A DNA stretch of 64,000 nucleotides from Lepidodermella squamata (Eukaryota > Animalia > Gastrotricha), in contig JBLDXI010000048.1 in the NCBI GenBank assembly GCA_047495785.1, positions 558,001-622,000 of the forward strand, given 5' to 3'. The notes under the pieces are model-generated. The model worked only from the letters and a program-made list of their open reading frames with translations, was not told where the DNA came from and did not search any database. Shown piece by piece: positions 38,769 through 50,200 of this stretch. Each line of letters starts with the position of its first letter. Positions within the stretch are counted from its first letter, which is position 1. Made by a program: the position numbers and the translations under genes.

Positions 38769-39093
38769 GATTAATAGTCACTGATAGAGATCGTCTCAGA
38801 TTCCCGCATATATTTTGATCGAAATATATAGATGAACGTGAGCATCACTTTATTGGCAATTCGAAAAGGCTAAATCGGGTCTATCCGCCCAAGTGACGTC
38901 ACGAGTCTTAATCAATTTCGAATGCAGACTATGTTAACGTTACATTATCCGCAACTGGGGCCTATTTTCAGTTCGAATGGTCATACCTGGCGAGACTATT
39001 TTTATTTTTCTTCTTGACAACTTTTACTACAGCTTTCTCGCATGGGAACTCATTCAACCGCTTTCCTCGGCGCTTGATCGCAATTCATCGTTT

Positions 39094-39536
39094 TCACGGT
39101 TTTTTTTCACGTATAGGTGACGCCGGTGAAGGGGGAGAATTGGAAATACGCTTCAGGCAGTTTGACTGTTTTGAGAAGACGCAAGACTTGGCGTTTTCAT
39201 TGAAACGGAACGCGTAGCAGTCCTTGGTGCTCAAACACGACTGGCTGCACTGTACCTCATTCGGTTGGCTGGCCTGAGCGTAAGAGCCGGCACAGTCGTC
39301 AAAGGACATCTTTCCTAATCTGGCAAGGACCTCTTCCTCAGCTCGGCGCAGTCCACTGAAAATTTGGCCAAGTAAATGATTAGGAATATTCGCGAAATAA
39401 TCACAAGAACTCATTCTCGTCGTAGTCGGCCCAAGTGCGACTTATGCGACTCTTGCATATTTGATCAGAAGTGCACCTAACGCCTCTGAAAGACGAAGCC
39501 AATAAGAAGAACAGAAACAGCAATCTTGGCGGACAT
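39094..39536 (-). pseudogene. PAN/apple-like pseudogene (copy 4)
   Basis: Alignable to 13580-14021 but with a 4-nt deletion in exon 1 and 1-nt deletions in exon 2. Confidence 0.7.
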
Positions 39537-41151
39537 GCTTAATACTCAACAATTGATGTGAATTAGAATGAGAAAATTAGAGTAATGCTTCTCGTGGCAC
39601 ATTTTTCTCAGCTTCGCGGCTTTTCGATTTACGTTGTTGAAACAGGCGCCGATATGAGTCTTGTACGTTATAACGCCAAGCTTGTACGTGGAACTGGAGA
39701 CACTGCCTACTTGATAATCGTAAGACAGCGTATAAGTATCTTCAATATAATGTGAGAGAGAGATACCGATTTATTGGTGGTCTGCGTTACATAGTTCTTA
39801 GTAACATTGCCTTTAAGACACAGAGATATGAATTAATTAATTTCAGTATAGGTGATATTTCTTAATAATAAGTATTGGTTATTTATCGTTGGTTGGAATA
39901 TAGATGGTGGTGAAGAATTCGAATACTATCTTTAAGGGCCTGTGAAGCGATTTCGATGGCTGTGCCGGCGTTCATTCCATAGTCGCGCAGAAGTTTTACG
40001 GCTTCTGTTGTCAGGGATCCGCGAGCACCGATGTATTATCAAAATATAATAAAAAATGCCGCAAAAGTTATTGCGACGTCATCAAATGTACGTGAAATTG
40101 AGAATAATAATGTCTTCACTGAATTATTCGTGAAAAATACTCAACTGATCGTGTAAAGTCAACAGACAGATGCATTTCGAAAAAATTTCGCTCACGTACA
40201 AGCATCACGCGCAATGATCTTTCTACAGCCATGATTCAACCGCGCCTGGTTCAACAAAGGCAAAAAGGCGGCAAGGAAGCGAAAAATCGGCAAATCATTC
40301 TCAAATTGTTCATCCGTCAAGTTGCCATCAATTTCCAGTGGTAAACTTTCACCAATCTTCATTTGAACATTTCTTATGAGGTTGTTTTTGCGCTGTTACT
40401 GGCATGAGTTGCCCCTCTGTGGTTGTTTCGGGTATTTTGTTTCAAATTCTTGAGCTGGGGGTATAGTATAGCCCCCCCCCCTCCCCCCTCAACACTGAAA
40501 TAAGGGTAGATAATCATCTATCACATAAATAGTTTTTAGCTCATGTTTCCTCGAATAAGAGGAGAGCGTTCACTGCAAGTATAGTTTCGACTTTTGACGT
40601 TCGCATTCCTGAGTAGAGATTGCAGTTTGGGTATCGAATTTACCTTCAAATTTGCTGATCTTCGAACATGCCTTGAACACTTTAGGCATAATTCATCTGA
40701 CTTGGAACCTTTTTCGTGATATATACGAGCTCGATTCGAAGAAGTTTGAAGTCCTTGTACTATCCCGGTGCTCTTTCTAGCACAATGGCAACACTACCTA
40801 CTACCTAACCACTAGCATACACTAGCATACATAGCTTAGCTGACTTCAGTGCTAAGCCATGTAGTCACGTTAATCCACTGTGAAAGTTAATTGACACGGC
40901 AAGGGAGCATAACAGCATATTACTCAAACTGAACATTTCCAAGAAAATGGCCCCAATTAATTCATGTTTAGCGGATTGTCAAAGGAACGATATAAGTATG
41001 AGTAAAACAATGCAAGGAGGCAGCTAAGAAATTTGCAGATGAACAACTTGAATCAGCGCCAGTGCATATAAAGCGGCCAGAAATCGTCATGGAAATCATC
41101 CGCAAACCAGAATCCATCAATTGCAGCTAACCTTATATCAGCTATCTAGCA

Positions 41152-41611
41152 ATGGCCGTTACGCAAGCTCTGTATGTCATTTTCGCTCTGGCCGCCTTGG
41201 CCACCTTCGCAGGTAATTTTCGTGAGCCCCAATTTTGAGAAAATAAATTGTAACGTTTGACTTGTAGATGCCCTAACATGCTACGATGGTAGCGATGGAA
41301 CAACAAACACGTGCAATGGTACGCAATACACCGCTTGCTCGGTAAGTCACAACTACTTTGTTGAACCCATTGTCATTGTCCGATTTCTAAAGAAATCAGT
41401 TACGAAAACAACATTGTTCGGCGCCACAACCACCTCGATTTCAAAGGGCTGTTCAACGAGCTGTACACCGGCTAGCGGCTGTGCTTTGACGATCGCATGC
41501 TCGGAGGTTTATTGCTGCACGACTGATAAATGCAACTCTGGTGAAATGGCGACGCCACTGGCTGCTCTTATCTTGAGTGCTACAGCGCTCATCTACTTCG
41601 CCAAGATGTAA
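41152..41611 (+). CDS. Ly6/uPAR three-finger protein, predicted GPI-anchored (copy 3)
   Basis: Protein identical to copy 1; same 3 exons. Confidence 0.88.
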
Positions 41612-42776
41612 CGAATCGAACGACAAATTGACTTAACGTTCAGTAGTTTATAGTGGGATTCTTTGATTCAAAGAGAACGTAGTGATAACATGTTTTGATT
41701 ATTCTAGACTCCCACAACGTTCTCTATGATTATTCTAGATTCTAGACTGATGTGTGATTGCGCGTTTGTTTTTTTCCAATTTTTTCGCGCAGGAGTCGAT
41801 TCAGGGAATAAATTTTATCATAGATATCCACAGGATTCATTAATTCCAATTCATGATGCCTATGATTGCCTATCACTAATTACCATAAAAACTGAAAACA
41901 ACAGGAAGAGATGTTAACGTTATTGCCGTGCAATTTTGCCCCAATTTTTTGGGTCTTCTTCAACTATGCCAGTCAGTTGAATTTTCAGAAAGAATTTTGG
42001 CAAAAATACAGAAGAATAAAGGAGTTATTAGGCTAACGAATGTCGGTTAGTGCAAGTTTGGACGATTTTGCATTGATTTATGGTTAGTTTTGTGGTCACC
42101 TAAACTCATTGCTGGAATTAGGGAACCGGTTGCACTAAGGACTCAAAGCGGCCAAAATTAGGGATTTTTACTCTATACATTATAAAATCACTAGTGCAAT
42201 TGCCCATTTCCTTGAAATTTTCGAATTCAACAATAGGTAATTTAAAAAAACCAGCTAAATGTCGGCTGAAGTTTTTGACCTGCCATTTAGTTAATTAGTT
42301 AAGTTTTTTCTCTCTTTGCTCTTGGCAATAGTCAAAAACGTCCCAGGTTGACCGAACAGAATAAAGACCAGCAACTGTTAATAACCCGAGTTATCTTGTG
42401 TGTTTCGGACAATTTTTCAGAATTTATTAGGTCATTACTGATATAGATACATTTTAGCGAATTCATACATTTCCATGGTCCATATGGTATACCCTGGCAC
42501 CTAATTATTGGTCTCCGGACCTAGCATAGTCATAATGGCACTTAAAATGGGATTCTATATGCAGTAATGTTAATAGTATTACCGAACACCTAATTTGCGG
42601 CACGCATCCACTTGGCGACACGATGTGACCCGAGACGCGGCCTCATTACTCACACGCACTTATTTACTCACCTCGCAAGGCAGCACATCATGTTGAACAA
42701 ATACCTGCGTGAATAATGATTAATACCAGATTAAAGCCCTAAGAAAGGCGAAATAAACGTAGAATTATTTTTCTGA

Positions 42777-44214
42777 ATGGAAATCGTCGTGATAGTTTTC
42801 GCCATCATCAGCTCTCTGATTTTAGCCGGCTATAGCGAGGCCAGTAGTTTTTTATCTGGAATTTACGGCTCGGATGATGACACGCAGACGACACGCTTCA
42901 CTGCGCCGATTTCATGGTCGAAATTCGGCGATAAAAATCTGTTGAAAAGTCTTCTTTTCCTTCGAAAAAACGAATTGGTGGTGTCAAAAGTCGACACGAA
43001 TCAATCATCAGCTGTTCGCGTCATGGTTGATTTAGCACGACACGGTCGACTGGCGCCGCATGACAAGATCGAAGCCATTCCTGGTACAGTGGAAACCTGC
43101 AATAAATTCGCATTCAATCTAGAAAAATCATCGACGAAACATTTGAAATCGGTGAAATTATTCATTTTTGCCCCGAATTTCGACGCGGAATCGATTACTG
43201 GTAATATCGAGGTTGAGTGCCAAAATGGAACCTCGACATGGCGTCGGTACAAAATTACAAAAATTCACAGCGAAAATTGGTTGGAAATTTCGATGCCAAT
43301 CAGCTGTTTAAATGGGAAAATAACCTCACCATGTACCGGTAATTTTTTCTAATTTTTTCAAATCTTCGAAATTGAAATTTGAAATTATAGGACATCCTGT
43401 TGATGGTAATCCAAGCCATCGGCCAGTTTTATTGCTTCATCACGAAAGTGTTTCGTCTAAATCGGATGAAACTGACGTTGATGAGGGGTATTTTGACGAT
43501 TCTTTGCCTGTTTTGCCCTTTGCTGATTCGCCGAAAGCCATTGGAATTCGATTTGCGAGGCATTTATTCAAGCGTGACGCACCTGTGCCATCAAATCGAC
43601 GCCCGAGGCCGAACATCTGCCACCGCGAGACGCTTTACATCAATTTTCGAGAGGTCGACCTTGGCTTGGTAAAATAAAATATTTTCTGAAATACATTTTC
43701 AAAATTCAAGATAAAATAATAGTAGTAGGAATAGCGAAATTGCAGGAAATATTTCAGATCAAATCATATTTTGGGACTGATTGGGTTTGGGAGAAATATT
43801 TTGAAAAAATTAGGCGAAATTTGAAATGTCCAAATCTATGATTTTGAATTTTATAAAAATTCAAATTTAAATTTTATTAACTCCAATTTTATTAAATTTC
43901 CATATTGTCTTACAAGTTTTCTTGTTTTTTTTCAGGGCATTTTATTTCCGCCATCGTATGCCGCTAACTACTGTTCCGGCCAATGTGGCTTTCCGATGCC
44001 GCGGCACCTAGCCGCAACCCGCCACGCTCAATGGCAGTCGATGTTGAACCGATTCGGTGATTCATCATCTGCCAGCGACTACTCACCTCCGCCACCCGCG
44101 CCTTGTGCACCTATTCGCTACAGCAATAAACCGGTCATAATCTCACGGCTAGATGGATCTGTCGCCCAAGAAGTGTTCCCTGACATGGTTGTAGAAGAAT
44201 GCGCCTGTTTGTAA
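42777..44214 (+). CDS. Divergent TGF-beta/BMP family ligand, 3 exons
   Basis: Exons 42777-43338, 43391-43668, 43936-44214; signal peptide, prodomain, KR and RRPR sites, mature CHRETLYINF...YAANYCSGQCGFP...HA...APCAP...PDMVVEECACL. Confidence 0.9.
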
Positions 44215-45274
44215 CCGGAAAAAAAATCATTGTGATTAAAATTGTGATTTTTCAAGCTAATAATAAACCGAATAAACTGCCGATAATGGAGATTTTCCAC
44301 CGGTGAAAAAAATATCTGTTTACCTTATAGCCACTTTCAGGCATACTTACTATAATGTATATTATAGAGTGCGTAGCGTAAAAATAATAATGAACGATGC
44401 CCTGATTTTCCGACTATCATAGGTAATTGAACGATTTTTTCCGCTATATTAATACAGTCGATACGTTTTTGCGGTCAAATTGATCACAACCTTTCATCGC
44501 ATATTTTATCAAGTGCTTATTATTTCAGGTATATTACTCTTTTTGTACAATTCAATTTCGCAACTCAATAACGGAAATTGTCGACATGAAAAAAATTGTT
44601 AAATTAATTTTATTTTAAAACCCGATTTATATGTATAGAGAGGAGTGCTAGTTTCTCCTTTATGTTCGCACGAATATTCTACAGCAAGTCTTTTGATCGG
44701 AAACATTGCACCACAGCAGGAAGAAAAAACGTGCGAGGCGAATACAATTTTATACCTGCCTATAGTCATAATATTTGATGCGCGATACGCTCTTTTGGCA
44801 TCGCCTATTATATAAGAATCAAGGTAGGTCAATGACGCGCTTTTGACGAAATATCTTTTTGAGAAATTCTCAACTCAATAGCGAAGCCTGGCTTGATGTC
44901 CAAATTTTACAATAAAAATCTGAATATAATAGCATTTTAGACTTAAAAGGGAAAAACTGATGAACTGTTAGGAAAAATGTCATTAATTCACTAAATTTTA
45001 ATAGCTGTTCTACTAATGAGCCGTATGTGGTTTGTTGATAAATGAGAGTTGATATACTCATTTTTCAATCGTTGTTTTTTGGCTCTAGTCCAAAGATAGT
45101 AATATTTCTAAAAAATCTCTGTCTAAAGCTTTTTTAGATTGAAAAATTCAAATTCTCAGAAATGTTTACCACAGGAATAATGGAGGTATTATCGTAATTT
45201 TTACAATCTACCTATTCCGATTTTTCTCAAAATAATTATAGAAATGCCAATTATTTTAAAATTATTAATCAAAA

Positions 45275-46175
45275 ATGATTAGCGGTATTGAGTACCATAC
45301 AGAGGATCTGCTAGAAGCGGCTCAAAATGGCGAGGACATCGAGGTGAAACTAAAAATTGTCTGCGGGGCAGATATCAACGGGCGAACGCCGAGTCAGCGA
45401 ACGCCGCTCATTCTAGCGGCTGAAAACGGCCGTCTAATATCGACGCAACTGCTGATCGAACACGGCGCTGATATATCTGCTCAGGATGTCGACGGTTGGA
45501 CGGCGCTGGTGCGGGCGGCTAATAATGGACACACGGACGTTGTGAGGGCGCTAATTGAAGGTCAATTTGACACACTTCTATTTTTTTCGATTCACAAATT
45601 AAAAATTTCAAAATTTCAAAAATTTAAGAATTTCAAGCTTTAAATTTTAAGTTTTTGGGATTTTTTCCCTGATTTTGAAAACTCTGGTTTAAACTTGTAA
45701 TTCAGAAATTTAAAATTAGAATTTTTCAAATTTTTAAAAATTAATTTCGAAATTGCTGGTTTATGAAAAACTTGGTGAAAGTGAATTGAAAATATTTTTG
45801 AATAGGATTTTTTTAATTTTTGTAGGAGGCGCCGATCCTAATTACAAGTGCCCGTCAAACTGGACGGCTTTAGCGTTGGCTACAGCAAGCGGGCGAGTCG
45901 AAACAGCTCGAACCCTCATCAGCTACGGCGCCGATGTGAATGCCCAGACTTCAGATAACGGTTCTACCGCGCTGATGATCGCATCATGGCAGGGCAGTGC
46001 CGAACTGGTGAAGGCTCTTCTCGAAGCAGGCGCCGATGCCACGATGAAGAACGACTCAGGCTCGACGGCGATCGACCTGGCGAAAAGTGACGAAATCAAG
46101 TCGACAATTGCCTCGCACGCGGCTAAAAAATCGACCAAGAAGCAGCATCACAGCAGTCGAGACATTAATGGCTAG
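45275..46175 (+). CDS. Ankyrin-repeat protein (~5 repeats), 2 visible exons
   Basis: Exons 45275-45560, 45826-46175; TPLILAAENG..LLIEHGAD, GWTALVRAANNGH, GSTALMIASWQG..LLEAGAD. True start uncertain. Confidence 0.85.
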
Positions 46176-46529
46176 ATGCGATTTTACTGACCAATAATTT
46201 ACTGCTTATCGATTATTTTGTTACTCACGACTCTGCAACTTTCGTTCGATTGCCAACGAGATTTTTAGCTCCTAATATGACTGTATTTTTTCAGTAATTT
46301 CCTGATGTTCTCCAATAATATGTGTACCGACAGGATATTTTGCTTTATTTCCATATTAAAGCTGGATATTAAAACTTGTGGCTCGTTTCATCGAAAAAAT
46401 TCAAAAAATCCGAGATGAAACTGATTGGTAATATTTTCGGTAATTACACATTAGTGCCCAAAATGTGTTTGAGGAAATCTTTACATTTTCTTTCCCGATT
46501 GCCACGCGATTTTTCGATAGAGAAGAAAT

Positions 46530-46634
46530 GGAGGACCAAGAATTCGAAAACCCCATATTTTTATTATTTACGGTAACGGAGAAGTTGGTCAAGTTGGTCA
46601 CGTGACTTTACCCGGTTCGAATTCTTGGTCCTCC
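46530..46634. repeat. 105-bp inverted-repeat element; related copy at ~11780-11890
   Basis: 19-bp TIR GGAGGACCAAGAATTCGAA / TTCGAATTCTTGGTCCTCC; shared core aagaattcgaaaaccccatattttta and gtcaagttggtcacgtgac. Confidence 0.75.
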
Positions 46635-47278
46635 TGAGCGGTTATCTCCAGAACGGTGATAGCTAGGAAGCCGCTCTCAAAGAAACATTTCATCAGCGTG
46701 GTGAGATCAACCTAGAAATGCATTCGTTGCAATCCGTTTAGTCACAATTTGTACACGATCGATTTTGATGACACTTTGGCGACAATCCCGCAATATCTTT
46801 GCTCATCACCAAGCCGACGAGACACGTCCATTTTCACCGAATTTATACGATTTCCCAGTGCGGAGATATGCCTTTTTAGGCACCCTGGGGCTGTGTAGTC
46901 ACCTTACAGGATTTTTTCAAATTTAGGCTGCTCGAAAACGCTACCATTGGGTCCAATAGGAAATATGAAAACATCCGGAAACAGTTACAAATTATAAACG
47001 TGTGATTTCCTATCTGCCTAGTTCCTATCTGTTTTTACAAGAGAGAATCCTCCAAAGTTGCCATGTGAAATCGTTTCATTCATGGCGAGCAATAAACCTG
47101 AAACACTGGCCACTAAATTTACGGTTTAGCGGTTTCAATCGCGTGCTGTGCTCGAAATTTGAAAGCTATTGGGCACGTTCCATTCATGCTATAAAATTTC
47201 AAAACAGCCACTATTTCAATCATTTGATAATAGTATTTCGGTAGCTACTTTTTTCATCAACATTTATTTCGACCAGTG

Positions 47279-50200
47279 ATGACGATGCGCAGCATTTTGC
47301 TTGCGTTGGCATGCTCGCTTCTCCACTACCGCTTCTCCTCAGGCCAGGAGGTACATGACGATTATACCTTTGTAAATGTTGCTGACCCAACAATCGGCCC
47401 GATAAATATGACCCTGTACTACAACTTTTATGATGGCTTCACGCCTGGTAAACCGCCGGCCCAACCTTGGCCACTGCCGATACTGTACGCATTCGACAAC
47501 GGAACCTGGCAATTTATCGCTGCCGGCACCAGTTTAGCTGTCCGTGAGTTTACTTGACCGAAAAATTGTCTGTTTTAATTATATATTGACGCGACAGCTG
47601 AGTTTGATAGGGGCTTTATCAAGCAAGCAATAGCTGAAATCGAATCGGTCACCTGCTTGCGGTTCGAGGAGAGACCGTCCATCAACCTGAATACCAAATC
47701 GATTCGCTTCTTGGAAATATCGTGAGTTGCTGTGTTCAAGCGTGATGAGTCGTCATTATATTCATGTTCTACCTATTTAGGAGCCCGTTTGGCTATCATG
47801 GCGATAAGTATCCTCAAAAGTTCATTGGAGTCAATTATTATGAAGGCGGCCTAGAGACTTCGCTCGCGGTTGGTTTCACATCATTTCGAACTTGAAAATC
47901 AAATATATTGTGCTTGAAACAGGTTCCATTGGTGATGAGAAAAATTGGCTATGCCCTAGGTCTGACGTATGAACTCAGGCGACCGGAACGCGACCAATAT
48001 CTTATTCCCTACCCTGGTTTCGAGAACAGGTCTGCTTGCATTCTGGCTCTGTTGCGAGTCGCGAGCTAACTTCTTTGAATTTCTTTTGTCAATAGATTCA
48101 CGATAAATACGGCACAAACGTACTACAACGCGACTCCCTTTGATTATGAGTCATTGTTCAATCCTATTTCGATATATGGGGCAGGCAGACTAGGGGTGAA
48201 TGAAAGGTATCCGCACGACCGGCGATATGTAACAAGCGTGGGACAGACTGCTTACCTTTCACTGTTCGACATGGTCAAGTTGAACACGCTCTACAACTGC
48301 TACAGTATGTTCCATCTATAACTTTCCCTAAAAATAGCCTGTGAAGCGTTTTATTCGTGAGTGAACTAAGGAGAGACGCCATCTCGTATTGCATATTGAA
48401 TGATTAACTTCAATTAGGGTAATTCATTAGTCAACAAGTAGCTCTTTGGTAAGGCTATTACCAGGTAAAATTTGGATCTCATCGGGTTGTTCATTTTGCT
48501 GCGTCAACAATTGCACATATACTTTTTTACTTCGATCACAACCCTGATCAAGATTTTAAAAAATTAATGTTTTTCAAATTATAGGGCAATTCATATTCCC
48601 CGAATTGGGAATTTCAAAAAGACTCAAGTAATAGAAAAACGATTTTCAAATCAAAAGGTCCGACTGTGACCCCTTACCACACGAGTTAGTTCACGAACTC
48701 CGCCTACAAGCTTCGGACTATTTTGAACTTTCAGATCCGGGTGAAGCCAAAAGTCGCATTCGTACAATTAGATAATGAAATATCGGCTCAACGAGTTCAA
48801 AAACGAGATCCCCAGCTTCTGAACATCGAAAATGGCCGTGGCTGGGAAAAATCGAGCTCGAGGCTCCCGCAAACCATGTTTTTGCTCGAAAACAGGCAAT
48901 GTGCTATTTCCAGCTTTACACGTAGCGCAAAAAATACGAATCCTACCTATGATTTATGTTGGAACGGACAGTGCCATACTTAAAGAGCGGGGTCCTCATA
49001 ACGCGTCGTTGTAGCATCTTTTACCGTAAATTCCCAAGTACAAGCCCAGGCAGCACTGAAAGATAGAAGATCAAAGAGCCGACAAAGAGTTGCCGCCTGG
49101 GCTTGTATTTGGGAATTTACAGCTCGGGAAATTTCGAAGTTGCGATATTTAAAACACGTTGTTTCGATATTTCTCAATATGTCGTTTCGTGACATAGCAC
49201 TTTAACTTTGCATCCCGCATCAACTGCGGGACGGTGCGGGATCAAGTGAACTTAAGGCAACCCGCATCGTCCCGCAGTTCATCCCGCAGTGCATCCCGCA
49301 CATCCCGCAGCTCATCCCGCACCTCATCCCGCACATCCCGCGGTTCATCCCGCAGCTCAGGGTGCGGGATCCCGCAGCTCATCCCACTCGTCCCGCATCT
49401 CGTCCCGCAATGTCATCCCGCACTTAGAGCGTATGAAATAAATAAAATTGGACGCTGGCGGGAATCGAACCAGTGACTGCAATCACCAAACGCGCACACT
49501 ACTCCATTGCGCCACCGGTCGATTCACTATAACATATACAGAACAGCTGTAATTACGTGAAATTAAGTCAGCCAAATTGGCGTGCGGCCAAGGCCAAAAT
49601 CGCGATTTCCGAAGCCGATATCGACACGATCGGCGGCGAATTCGGGCAGCGGCCGCTGATAGTTTGTACAGAATTTCGAGGGCTATCCGCCGATATAAGA
49701 TTTATTGACCGGTGATACTTGGTTCGCGCTGAAATTGCGTGCAAAGTCAGTCAAATTGGCGTGCGGCCAAGGCCAAAATCGCGATTTCCGAAGCCGATAT
49801 CAACACGATCGGCGGCGAATTCGGGCAGCGGCCGCTGATAGTTTGTACAGAATTTCGAGGGCTATCCGCCGATATAAGATTTATTGACCGGTGATACTTG
49901 GTTCGCGCTGAAATTGCGTGCAAAGGCAGTCAAATACCAACTGCGCAGCATGGCATGATTATTATATTTTATTATCGAAGGTTCCAGTGCGTTGATTCAT
50001 ATGTTCAAGCCTGACGGTTTGACGCCTCGATAATCGGTCGTAAACAGTTCATCCCGCACTTCATCCCGCAGGTCATCCCGCAGGTCATCCCGCACTTGGG
50101 CGGGATGCTTCCGGACACTTGCGGGATGCACTGCGGGACGTCCCGCCGTATGTGCGGGATACAACCCGCAGCATGTGCGGGATACATCCCGCAGGTCATC

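Noticed and set aside
49450-49520. Functional tRNA gene
   Set aside because: A and B boxes present but cloverleaf stems do not pair.
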